From the NCBI GenBank assembly GCA_963817465.1, contig CAWFOP010000022.1:586152-650151 (forward strand): a stretch of DNA of 64,000 nucleotides, read 5' to 3'. The first letter of the stretch is position 1. Each line of letters begins with the position of its first letter. Positions 26,894 to 36,790 of this stretch are shown piece after piece. The DNA is from an uncultured Acidobacteriota bacterium (GTDB taxonomy: Bacteria; Acidobacteriota; Terriglobia; Bryobacterales; UBA6623). The position numbers were made by a program, and so were the translations under genes. Under the pieces are notes generated by a model, which saw nothing but the letters and a program-made list of their open reading frames with translations, searched no databases and was not told where the DNA came from.

Positions 26894-29800
26894 ATGAGGA
26901 TGACTTTGGTTCGATTTGCGCCTGGGCTGCTCGTGGTCCTGGCGTTTTTTGTGGGCGCGACGCCCGCTTTCTCCCAAGGCGACACCGCCCAACTTTCGGG
27001 CTATGTCCGCGATTCGACGGGTTCGGTGATTCCGGGCGCAGCCGTCACCGTCGCCAACGAGGCCACGGGCGTGGCACGCGAGGTTCAGACCAACGCTAAC
27101 GGCTACTTCGTCGTTACCGCTCTGCCCCCCGCCTTCTACACCGTCTCGGCTGAAGCGGAAGGCTTCAAGCGCACCGTCAAGACAAACAACAAGCTCGACG
27201 CCAACATCGCCGCTGAGGTGGACGTCACCCTCGAGATCGGCGCCGTCACTGAGTCGGTCGAGGTTCGCGCCGAGGCCATGCAGCTGCAATCCGAGACGGC
27301 CACCGTCGGCCAACTCGTCGAAGAGACGCAGATCAAGAACATCACGCTCAACGGCCGCAACCCGATTTTTCTGGCCATGCTCAAGCCCGGCGTCACCCGC
27401 ACCGGATCTCTGGCGGGGTTCAGCTACGGTCTGACTTCGGGAGGCTTCGCCATCAACGGCTCGCGCAGCCAAGACAACATCATCTCGTTTCGACGGCGCG
27501 GTCAACATGCGCACGCGCTCGAACGGCACCTCAGTCGGCGTCGCCGACCTCGAAACCGTTCAAGAGATGCAGGTTCTTACGGCGAACTACAACGCCGAGT
27601 ACGGCCGCGGCAACGCGGGCCAAATCCGCTTCGTGACTAAGAGCGGCACGCAGAAGTTTCACGGCTCGTTCTACGAGTACTTCCGTAACAACAACCTCGA
27701 CGCCAACACCTGGTCGCGCAACCGCTCGGGGCTCGACCGCGAGGCCGAGAAATTCAACCAGTTCGGCTACGTCCTCAGCGGTCCGGTTTACATTCCTGGA
27801 AAGTTCAACTCCGACAAGACCAAGCTGTTCTGGCTCTGGAGCCAGGAGTGGGTGCGCCGGCGCCGCGAGTCGACGAGCATCCAAACGGTGCCTTCTCTCG
27901 CCATGCGCGGCGGAGACTTCTCGGAGTTGCTCGGCGATAACACTTTCTTCTCCGGCAGGCGCGTGATCAACGATCCCGACACGGGGACGCCGTTCTCCAA
28001 CAACGTCATTCCGCAAGGGCGGTTAAGCAGGAACGGCCTCGGCATGCTCTCCGCCTACCCGGATCCTGTCGCCGGTTTCCTGCAAGGGTCAGACAACTTC
28101 ATTCAGACGCGCCCGCAGCCGACCGATCAGCGCAAAGACACCGTTTCGGTGGACTTCAACCCGACGCAGAACCACTAGCTTCCGATTCCGTCTGCAGAAT
28201 TACGACTTCTTCGAGCCGGAGGCCTTCCGCGGCGGCACTGACCGCGCCGTGCGCTCGATCGACCGGCCCAATCGTACTTACACGCTCAATCACATCTGGA
28301 CGGCGAGCCCGACGCTGATCAACGAGCTATTGTTCTCGGTCAGCTACGACCGGGTCTTCCTCGAGGTGCCGGTCACGCCGCGTTTGGATCGCGCCACCTA
28401 CGGCATCGACTATCCCTACGTGTTCCCCGAGCGGAAAGAGATCGACATCAAGATCCCGACGATCGCGATCAACAGCTTCGTCACGGTCGACGGCGGACCC
28501 TACCCATCCTCGTCGTCCGGTCCGATCTACCAGCTTTCCGACAACATCACCAAGATCGTCGGCAACCACACGCTGAAGTTCGGCGGACGCTTCGAGCGCG
28601 CCGGGCAGAACGACTTCGACCAGATCAACGTCTCCGGCGTCCCCGGCGGCACCAACAACCAGAACGGCCGTTTCGAGTTCACCGACGATCGGCTCGGCGC
28701 GCCGAGCACCGGGCTTGCCGCCGCGAACGCCGCGATGGGCCTGTTCAGCCGCTACGCCGAAATCGGCCCGCGCGCCTATACGCCTTACCGCTCGATCATG
28801 GGCGAAGGCTTCGCGCAAGACTCCTGGAAGGCCACCGACAAGCTGCGCCTCGAATACGGCGTGCGCTACTCGATCATGACGCCTTACTACTACTCGGTCT
28901 GGCGCAACATGGCCGTGTTCGACCCCAACAGCTACGATTCCAACAACGCCGCCGTGCTCGATCCCGGCACGGGTAATGTTCTCGCAGGTGACCGCTACAA
29001 CGGCGTCGTCATCCCGGGCGACGGCTTCCCCGAGAAAGCCTACGGCCGTGTGGCCGTGGCGGACTCGGGCGAGTTCGACCGGCTGTTCAACGGCGGCCCC
29101 AAGTACTGGGGCAAGGTCCAGAAGCTCGAGTTCCAACCACGCTTCGGCATCGCGTATCGCATCAATGACGCGAGCGTTCTGCGCACTGGCTTCGGGCGCT
29201 ACCTCGCGCGCCCCGGCGTGGCGGACAACGTCTTCCTGGGCGGCAACCCGCCGTTCCAGCCGATGGCCTCGATCACAACGGGATTGGCGGACAATCCGGG
29301 CGGCGGCGAGCAGGTCGGCTTCCCGCAGTTCTTCATGACCAACGATCCGGTGTACAAGATCCCGTCGTCTTACATGTGGAACGTCACCTACCAGCGCGAG
29401 ATCGGCTTCAGCACCTTGCTCGAGGTCGGCTACGTCGGTCGCGTGGCGAACCACATGGAGCGCGTGCGCGATCTCAACCAAAACCCGGTCGGCACGACTC
29501 TGCTGCCTGAGAACGACGGGACTCAATCCGAACTTCCTGCGGCCCTACAAAGAGGTTCGCCAACATCATCCAGGGCGAGAACGCTGCGCGTTCGGAATAC
29601 AACAGTCTGCAGATCAGCGCCAATCGGCGCTTTACCGGCGGGCTGAGCTTCGGCGTGGCTTACACCTACGGCAAGTCGGTCGATAACGCCGACAGCCGCC
29701 GCGACCGCATCTACGACAACTACGACGACACGAACTTCTGGGGACCGTCGGACTATGACATCCGCCAGTCGCTGGTCACGAACTTCGTCTGGCAGTTGCC

Positions 29801-30329
29801 GTTCTTCAAGACGTCCGGCTTGGCTCGTTCGGTCCTTGGGGGCTGGACATTGTCAGGCGTGGTGCAGTTCCAAACCGGGCAACCGCGCACCATCTCTCGC
29901 AACGTCGACTACGCCGGCATCGGCGAAGCCAGCGAGCAGCCTTGGGAAGTGAGCCGGAATCCGCGCCTATCCAAGGGCGACCGCGGCTTTTCGGAAGGCG
30001 CCGGCAACGACGACGTCTACTTCTTCGATACCAACCAGAGCACCGGCGAGACCATCTGGTCCGCTCCCGCGGCCGGCACGTTCGCCACGACGCAGCGGCG
30101 GAATCAGTACATCCGCGACCCGGGCTTCCAGAACTGGAATCTAGGCATTTTCAAGGACTTCGCCATAACGGAACGTCAGAAAATCTCGTTCCGCGGCGAG
30201 TTCTTCAACCTGCCCAACCACCCGAACCTGGGCGACGTCCAGCTCAACCCGGTGAACTCGCAGTTCGGTCGCGTCACTTCCAAGGACAGCAACCGAAACG
30301 TACAGCTCAGCCTGCGCTACTCGTTCTAA
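26894..30329 (+). pseudogene. TonB-dependent receptor with CarboxypepD_reg-like N-domain, four +1 frame breaks
   Basis: ORF-track pieces 26837-27640, 27507-28178, 28249-29646 and 29655-30329 join into a ~1,144-aa protein. It has a signal peptide, SGYVRDSTGSVIPGAAVTV...NGYF, a plug, and a barrel ending ...LSLRYSF. Junctions lie near 27488, 28177, 29524 and 29553. Length is 3n+4. SD TGGAGG is 7 nt before ATG 26894. Confidence 0.85.
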
Positions 30330-30383
30330 CGAGCGATCGCCGGTACTCCCGCCGGTTACACGCCGCGCAAGCGGCGGCCTTTC

Positions 30384-30412
30384 AGGTCCGGCGTCCCAGC
30401 GACGCCGGACCT
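30384..30412. terminator. bidirectional terminator hairpin between convergent genes
   Basis: 12-bp perfect stem AGGTCCGGCGTC/GACGCCGGACCT with a 5-nt loop. It sits between the receptor stop (30329) and the DUF4097 stop (30419). Confidence 0.6.
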
Positions 30413-30418
30413 GAATTT

Positions 30419-31126
30419 CTATTCCGCGACCCGCGTGTCTCCGCCGATCCGGTCGGAGCTCACGCCTCCCGAGCCGTCGTGTTCGACGACAAAGTTTCCC
30501 GTCACGTCGGTGACGCGAATCCCTCCCGAGCCGTCCCGCTCGACCGTCACATCGCCGTCCACCTTAGAGACCTCGATGCCGCCGGAGCCGTCGGTGATCG
30601 AGACCGAGCCTTTGACGTCTTTGATCGTCAAGCCGCCCGAGCCGTCCCGCACGCGGACGTCTCCCGTGACGTCTTCGATCTCCACGCCGCCCGAGCCGTC
30701 CTCGAGCTCGATCGAGGCCACGTGTCGGGCTTCGAACCCGCCCGAGCCGTCCTTGGCGACGATCTTCAGGTTGGCGGGCACGGTAATATCCATGTCGAGC
30801 GCGCCGCCGTCGCTCCAATTGTTCGGAATATCCGCCTCGATCAGCACCTCGTCCCCGCGTCGTTCGGCGACGAGCTTCACGGCGCCCAGGTTCTTTTGAC
30901 TCGAGGCGCAGGCCTCGCCGTCCACGTCGACCGACGTCGCGCCGTCCGCCCCGTGAATCTTGAGCCAACCGGCGCCGCCATGGACGCGCACCAGCTTCGC
31001 GCCGGCGACGTCAACGGACGCCTTGCGCGGTTCCTTCACCTTGCAGCCGCCCCAGCCCTGGGCGTTGCTACAGGCGCCCGCCGCAAGCGCGACCGCCACG
31101 ATCGGCAGGATATTGCTTATTCTCAT
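30419..31126 (-). CDS. lipoprotein with DUF4097-like (putative adhesin / LiaG-YvlB-type) beta-helix repeats
   Basis: 235 aa. Signal plus lipobox (AAGAC). Six repeats of DGSGG-x(12-14) in the C-terminal half. Confidence 0.8.
   Translation of the reverse strand: MRISNILPIVAVALAAGACSNAQGWGGCKVKEPRKASVDVAGAKLVRVHGGAGWLKIHGADGATSVDVDGEACASSQKNLGAVKLVAERRGDEVLIEADIPNNWSDGGALDMDITVPANLKIVAKDGSGGFEARHVASIELEDGSGGVEIEDVTGDVRVRDGSGGLTIKDVKGSVSITDGSGGIEVSKVDGDVTVERDGSGGIRVTDVTGNFVVEHDGSGGVSSDRIGGDTRVAE
30422..30751 (-). repeat. six in-frame 51-57-nt coding repeats (DGSGGhxhxDVxGxVxV units)
   Basis: The plus-strand motif (G/C)CC(G/T)CC(C/G)GAGCCGTC recurs near 30465, 30519, 30578, 30632, 30686 and 30737. 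Confidence 0.85.
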
Positions 31127-31242
31127 CGGGTCAAACCTCCTCGGAGCAAATCTACGAAGTCGCGGATCAAGTTGTTCCCGATTCGACGCCGCAAGCCCGG
31201 ATCAGTTAGGCTTATGGCGACAAATTGGGAGCGCTCGCACGG

Positions 31243-31280
31243 TATAATGGCGTCTCGATTCAACTGTTCGGGTTGAATCG
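31243..31280 (+). promoter_or_regulatory. candidate -10 box (TATAAT) followed by a 9-bp perfect inverted repeat (operator-like) upstream of the peroxidase gene
   Basis: TATAAT at 31243-31248. CGATTCAAC 31256-31264 and GTTGAATCG 31272-31280 are separated by 7 nt. ccp ATG at 31330. No good -35. Confidence 0.35.
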
Positions 31281-31329
31281 ACCGCCTCAACACTATCCGA
31301 CGTATCCGCGCCCGACGGAGGAGAACCCC

Positions 31330-32436
31330 ATGCATCGTATCGCTAGAGATTCGTCCACCCCGCTTCGTTTGATTCTTGTTCCAGCGCTTGTCGCAGCCGG
31401 CGTCGCGCTGGTCGGCTGCGGCGGAGGCGCGCCGGAACCGGAGTCGACCACTCAGGCTGAACCGGCGGAAACATTACCGCCGTCTTTGCCGGGCTACGCG
31501 GCCATGTCCGTGCCCGCCGACAACCCGATGACTCCTGAAAAGGTCGCTTTGGGCAAGCAGCTTTACTACGACCAACGCCTCAGCGGCGACGGCGCACATT
31601 CCTGCTACGGATGCCACCTGAAGGAATACGGCCTGGCCACGAACGACAAACTGGCCATCGGCGCCTTCGACAAGACTTTGGCTCGCAACATCCCCACGGT
31701 TTGGAATGTCGGCTTCCAAGACAAGTGGTATTGGGACGGCCGCGCGGCCGCGCTCGAGGGCCAAGTCAAGGGCGCCTGGGGCGGCGGCAACATGGGCGCT
31801 TCGGGTAACGACGGCGCCCCCTCGATGGAGCAAGTCTGCGCGAACCTCATGCAGATCCAAGGCTACGCCGACCAATTCAAGGCCGTCTTCGGCGACGAAG
31901 GCTGCACGCCGGACAACGTCGGCAAGGCCGTCGCCTCTTTCATGCGCACGATCGTTTCGTCCGACTCGCCGTGGATTCGCTTCCGCAACGGCGACGAAAC
32001 CGCTCTCAGCGCCGACGGCAAGGCCGGCTACGAGCTGTTCTCCGAGAAAGCCAAATGCACCAACTGCCATGACGGCCTCCTGCTGACAGACCTGCAGTTT
32101 CACAACGTCGGCATCGGTTGCAAGGGCTCAACGTGCGCTGACGTGGGCCGCCAAAAGGTTTCGACTGACGAGAAGGACACCGGCGCCTTCAAGACCCCGA
32201 CCTTGATCGATGTTTCGAAGTCCGCGCCTTACTTCCACGACGGCAGCGTCGCGACGCTTGAAGAAGCCGTCCACCTGATGGCGACCGGCGGAAACGCTAA
32301 CAATTACCTCGATACGAAGAACATGAAAGACGTGATCGACGCGAAGCTCACGAGCGACGACGAGGCCAAGCTGGTCGCCTTCCTCAAGGAGATCACGGCC
32401 AACTACGCCATCGAGGAGCCAACGCTCCCGCAATAG
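31330..32436 (+). CDS. di-haem cytochrome c peroxidase (CCP/MauG family), lipoprotein-type signal
   Basis: ATG 31330 after GGAGGAG. LVGCGG lipobox. Two CxxCH motifs (CYGCH, CTNCH). FKTPTL...APYFHDGSVATLEEAV. Confidence 0.9.
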   Translation: MHRIARDSSTPLRLILVPALVAAGVALVGCGGGAPEPESTTQAEPAETLPPSLPGYAAMSVPADNPMTPEKVALGKQLYYDQRLSGDGAHSCYGCHLKEYGLATNDKLAIGAFDKTLARNIPTVWNVGFQDKWYWDGRAAALEGQVKGAWGGGNMGASGNDGAPSMEQVCANLMQIQGYADQFKAVFGDEGCTPDNVGKAVASFMRTIVSSDSPWIRFRNGDETALSADGKAGYELFSEKAKCTNCHDGLLLTDLQFHNVGIGCKGSTCADVGRQKVSTDEKDTGAFKTPTLIDVSKSAPYFHDGSVATLEEAVHLMATGGNANNYLDTKNMKDVIDAKLTSDDEAKLVAFLKEITANYAIEEPTLPQ

Positions 32437-32461
32437 CCGCTGTTCGCAGCGCAAGCAACCC

Positions 32462-32493
32462 AGTGGGGCGCGGCATGCCGCGCCCCACTTTTG
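32462..32493 (+). terminator. rho-independent terminator
   Basis: 12-bp stem AGTGGGGCGCGG/CCGCGCCCCACT with loop CATG, followed by TTTT. It ends 8 nt before the next start codon. Confidence 0.65.
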
Positions 32494-32500
32494 ACTCCGC

Positions 32501-33704
32501 ATGAGCACTTCCGAGAAGCAGCCCACGATTCTGATCTGCGACGACGACGATCTCATCATCTCCTCGCTGCGCGGGCTGTTCGCGCTCGAGACCAACTACG
32601 AGCTGCTCGAGTTCACCGACCCCGCCGAAGCCGCCGAAGAAGCCCGTCGCCGCCCGATCGATCTGGTTATCTCCGACTTCCTGATGCCCGAGATGAACGG
32701 CGTGGAGCTGCTCAAGCGCATCCGCAAAGCGCAGCCCGAGGCGGTCCGCATCTTACTCACCGGATTCGCCGACAAAGAGAACGCGATTCGCGCGATCAAC
32801 GAGGTCGGCCTCTACCACTATCTCGAAAAACCCTGGGACAACGACAATCTGCTCCTGCTGGTCCGCAACGCGCTCAACGAGAAGAGCCTGCGCCGCCGCT
32901 TATCGGAGAAAGTTCGGGAATTCGAAGACCTCATCCAGCGTCACGGCCGGCTCAGCGACGAGCACGCCCTACTCGAGCAAGAACTCGATATGGCGGCGCG
33001 CGTGCAGCGGAGCTTGCTCCCCGAAGGGCCGCCCAAGCTGGCCGATTATCGCGTGGCTTGGCACTTCCAACCGAGCTCCGCGCTGGGCGGCGATTTCTAT
33101 GACGCGGTCGAGACTGAAGAGCGAGTCGTGTTTCTGCTGGCCGACGCCAGCGGCCACGGCGTCCAGTCGGCGCTGAGCTCGGTCTTGCTCAAGGCCAGCT
33201 TTCAGGATGCCGCGCTTTCCGTCAAGGACCCTCAATCGTTGCTCAGCCGCATGAACGCGAGTCTCAACCGCTTCATGCCCACTGGCATGTACGCCTGCGC
33301 GGCGTTGATCTGGATCGAGGCGCGGCGGCGCGGAGCTGTCGGTGGTCAATGCCGGCCTGCCGCATCCGCGCGTGCTGCGCAACAGTTCCGGCGTCGTCGA
33401 TGAGCTGCCGCTCGAAGGCATGCCGCTCGGCTTATTCGCGGAAAGCTTTGAGGGCGCCCATGACATAGCCGCGGTGACGCTGGAGCCCGGCGATACGCTC
33501 TTACTCGCCACCGACGGTCTCGCCGAGGCGCGCGACTCGGAGAACCGCTTCTTCGAGGATGCTCGCCTCGAAAGTCTGCTGTCCAAGCTGTCGGCCAAGC
33601 CTCCGCAAGAGATCTTGACCGAGCTTGCGTCCGCCGCCGCGGGTTTTACCGGAAAACGAGGATTGGTCGACGACCTTACGATGATCGCCCTCGCGCGGAC
33701 TTGA
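32501..33704 (+). pseudogene. response-regulator receiver fused to PP2C/SpoIIE-type serine phosphatase, one +1 frame break
   Basis: Receiver (ILICDDDD..., DLVISDFLMPEMNG, KP). PP2C part (GGDFYD, LLADASGHG ... VVNAGLPHP, LATDGL, DDLTMIAL). Pieces 32501-33403 and 33342-33704 join near 33320-33335. Length is 3n+1. Confidence 0.85.
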
Positions 33705-34104
33705 CGCGCTTCAGGATCTTTTCCGCGCGATCCTCGCTGAAGGCCCACCACCCCGCTGCAATCGCCCGCGCCGGATCGACCGGGCGGTTGTAGACGTAGA
33801 CCCACGCATCGACGTCGGGTTCGATCAGCCGCAGCGGGCGTCGAACGTATTCGGAGGCCTGAGGCTGGGCCGGGTCGTACTCTTCGAAGTCGTCGAGGCT
33901 TTTGAGGGTCTCCGGTCCGAGCAGCTCGAAGACCTCGCCAGCGACCGCGCCGTCGGCCTCCACCAAACCGGGGTAGTCGCCCAGGTCGTAGAGCGCGCCG
34001 GGAATCTTGCACGACGCGACGAATCGAAGCTCCGCGTCCAAGCCCAGCAATCTCTGCACGGCGAAAGCCCGCATCAGAGTGCCGTAGAACGCGATCAGCT
34101 TCAT
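33676..34104 (-). CDS. gamma-glutamylcyclotransferase-like (AIG2/GGACT family) protein
   Basis: Starts MKLIAFYGTLM (YGTL motif). ...LDDFEEY... . The ORF-track extension to 34464 is discounted. The 3' end overlaps the convergent phosphatase gene by 29 nt. Confidence 0.75.
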   Translation of the reverse strand: MKLIAFYGTLMRAFAVQRLLGLDAELRFVASCKIPGALYDLGDYPGLVEADGAVAGEVFELLGPETLKSLDDFEEYDPAQPQASEYVRRPLRLIEPDVDAWVYVYNRPVDPARAIAAGWWAFSEDRAEKILKRVKSARGRSS

Positions 34105-34155
34105 CGCTTTCAGACTAGCCGAGCCTCCGGCGACGCTGCGCCGGAATCGGCTACG

Positions 34156-35697
34156 ATGTCGGGTCTGGCCATGTCTTTTCGCTTCTTGCTCTGCATCCTC
34201 GTCGTACTTACCGCCTGCGGAAAGGCGCCCGAAGCTCCTCAAACCTCCGCGCGCACTCCGAACGTCCTCATCATCTATGCCGACGACCTCGGCTTCGGAG
34301 ACTCCGGCGCATACGGCGCGACGGCGGTCAAGACGCCCAACATCGACCGTTTGGCCTCGGAAGGCCTGCGCTTCACGAATGGTTACGCCGCGGCGTCGAC
34401 CTGCACGCCATCGCGCTACGCCCTGCTGACCGGCAAGTATCCGTTCCGGCAAGAAGGCGTGCACGTGCTGCCCGGCAACGCGCCCCTGATCATCCGGCCC
34501 GGCACGACCACGGTCGCGTCAATGATGCGCGACGCCGGATACCGCACCGGCGTCGTCGGCAAATGGCATTTGGGGTTGGGCGATGGAGACGTCGACTGGA
34601 ACGGCGACATCAAGCCCGGCCCGCTCGAGATCGGCTTCGACTACGCCTTCCTGATTCCGGCCACCGGCGATCGAGTGCCCTGCGTCTTCGTCGAAGACCA
34701 TCGCGTGGTCGGCCTCGATCCCAGCGACCCTATCCAGGTCAGCTTCGCCGAGAAGGTGGGCGACGAACCCACCGGCCGTGAAAATCCCGAACTGCTCAAG
34801 ATGCACCCGAGTCATGGCCACGACTTTACGATCGTCAACGGCATCAGCCGGATTGGGTACATGTCGGGAGGCCATGCGGCTCGCTGGGTCGATGAAGACA
34901 TCGCCGATACTCTCGCCGGCAAGGCCGTCGACTTCATCGAGCGCAACAAGGAACAGCCGTTCTTCCTTTACTTCGCCTATCACGACATTCATGTCCCCCG
35001 CGTGCCGAACCCGCGATTCGTCGGCTCGACCGAGATGGGTCCGCGCGGCGATGCCATCGCGCAGCTCGACTGGGCAACGGGCGAGGTGTTGGGTGCGCTC
35101 GACCGCCTCGGTCTGGCCGACGACACGCTCGTGATCTTCACAAGCGACAACGGCCCAGTCGTCGACGACGGCTACAAGGATCAGGCCGTCGAAAAGCTTG
35201 ACGGCCACGACCCTGCCGGAGGGCTGCGCGGAGGCAAATACAGCGCCTTCGAGGCCGGCACGCGCGAGCCCTTCATCGTGCGCTGGCCGGGCCACGTCGA
35301 GACCGGCACGTCCGACGCCGTCGTCAGCCAGACCGACTTTCTAGCTTCGCTGGCCGCATTAGTCGATCAGGCTTTGCCGCCCGAAGCCGGCCCGGACAGC
35401 GTCAACGTGCTCGACGCGCTGCTCGGCAAATCTCAGCAAGGCCGCACCCAACTCATCGAGACATCGCAAACGCTGTCTTTGAGAGACGGCGACTGGAAGT
35501 ACATCGAGCCTCATGCCGGCGCTGCGCTGAACAAGAACGTCAACATCGAGACCGGCCTGAGCATGGAGCCGCAGCTTTACGAGTTGGCCGCGGACCCCGG
35601 CGAACAGCACAATCTCGCCGCGGAAAATCCCGACAAGGCGGCCGAGATGAAGGCTGAGCTCGACAAGATCCGCGAAGCCGGTCACAGTCGCGACTAG
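34156..35697 (+). CDS. arylsulfatase (formylglycine-dependent sulfatase family), lipoprotein signal
   Basis: 513 aa. LTAC lipobox. C-x-P-S-R motif (CTPSRYALLTG). DDLGFGD metal-binding N-terminus. Confidence 0.9.
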   Translation: MSGLAMSFRFLLCILVVLTACGKAPEAPQTSARTPNVLIIYADDLGFGDSGAYGATAVKTPNIDRLASEGLRFTNGYAAASTCTPSRYALLTGKYPFRQEGVHVLPGNAPLIIRPGTTTVASMMRDAGYRTGVVGKWHLGLGDGDVDWNGDIKPGPLEIGFDYAFLIPATGDRVPCVFVEDHRVVGLDPSDPIQVSFAEKVGDEPTGRENPELLKMHPSHGHDFTIVNGISRIGYMSGGHAARWVDEDIADTLAGKAVDFIERNKEQPFFLYFAYHDIHVPRVPNPRFVGSTEMGPRGDAIAQLDWATGEVLGALDRLGLADDTLVIFTSDNGPVVDDGYKDQAVEKLDGHDPAGGLRGGKYSAFEAGTREPFIVRWPGHVETGTSDAVVSQTDFLASLAALVDQALPPEAGPDSVNVLDALLGKSQQGRTQLIETSQTLSLRDGDWKYIEPHAGAALNKNVNIETGLSMEPQLYELAADPGEQHNLAAENPDKAAEMKAELDKIREAGHSRD

Positions 35698-36753
35698 CCC
35701 CGCGCCGCATGCGCCGGCGGGCTCGCCGGCCGCCCCGCCGGTCTCTCGGGCCGCGGGCAGCAATCCAACGGACAGACGTCGTGATTGGGCGCACGCAGTC
35801 CGAGCGCGCGCCGCTCTACGGATGGATCGAGGCGTTCGAGGACCAACTCCCGGACCATCTTGACGAATTCGGGATGCGCGCCCACCGTCCCCGCACGCAC
35901 CATGCGGAGCCCCAGCTCCGTGCACAGCTCCTGCGCCTCGGTGTCGAGGTCGTAGATGACCTCCATGTGGTCCGAGATGAAGCCGATCAGGCGCCACGAC
36001 GACCTCGATCTTGCCCCGCGCGTGAATCTCCCGCAGGTAGTTCAAGATGTCCGGCTCGAGCCAGGGCTGCGTGGGCGGGCCGCTGCGGCTCTGCCAAACG
36101 AGCGGCGGCCGCACGCGGTCCACGCCCTCCGACACGAGTCGGCAGGCTTCCTCGAGTTGGACGACATAGTCGGAAGTTGTCGCCATCGACAGGGGCACGC
36201 TGTGCGCCGTGAAGACCAGCTCCACCTCGTCGCGCCGCTCCGCCGGAAATTCCCCCAGCGCCGTTTTCACGCGCTCGATCAGCGGCCCGATGAAGCCCGG
36301 ATGGTTGTAGAAGACCCGCAGCTTGTCGATTTGGGGCGCCGCTTCGCCCACCTGCTCCCTGGCCCGTTGGATGTCTTCGCGATATTGCCGGCAGCCCGAA
36401 TACGAGCTAAAGGCGGAGGTTACGAACGCCAGCGCCCGCTTCACACCGTCATCCGCCATCCGCTTGATCGTGTCAGCCAGCATCGGATGCCAATTGCGAT
36501 TGCCCCAGTAGATCGGTAGGTGGGGGCCGTTGGCGGCCAACTCGATCTCGACGGCGGCGATCAGGCGCCGGTTCTGCCCGTTAATGGGGCTGACGCCTTC
36601 GAAGCGATAGTAATGCTCAGCCACTTCGAGCATGCGCTCGCGCGGCACGTTCTTGCCGCGCAGCACGTTCTCGAGGAATGGCATGACGTCGGCGCGCTTC
36701 TCGGGTCCGCCGAACGAAACGAAAAGCAGTGCGTCGTAAGGCTGACCGGTCAT
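35694..36753 (-). pseudogene. hemH: ferrochelatase with Cys-rich C-terminus, one +1 frame break
   Basis: MTGQPYDALLFVSFGGPE... then expected ...VVAP-IGFISDHMEVIYDLD... . The junction needs removal of 1 nt near 35988-35992. The C-terminus carries CPLDCC. Length is 3n+1. Confidence 0.85.
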
Positions 36754-36790
36754 ACTTCTCAACTCAAACTAGCGAGCGACCAGGGAAAGG

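Noticed and set aside
30422-30751. The regularly spaced ~54-nt DNA repeats as a possible CRISPR or other non-coding repeat array.
   Set aside because: The repeats are in frame within a 235-aa lipoprotein ORF and encode the DGSGG beta-helix units. There is no spacer/repeat architecture and there are no cas genes.
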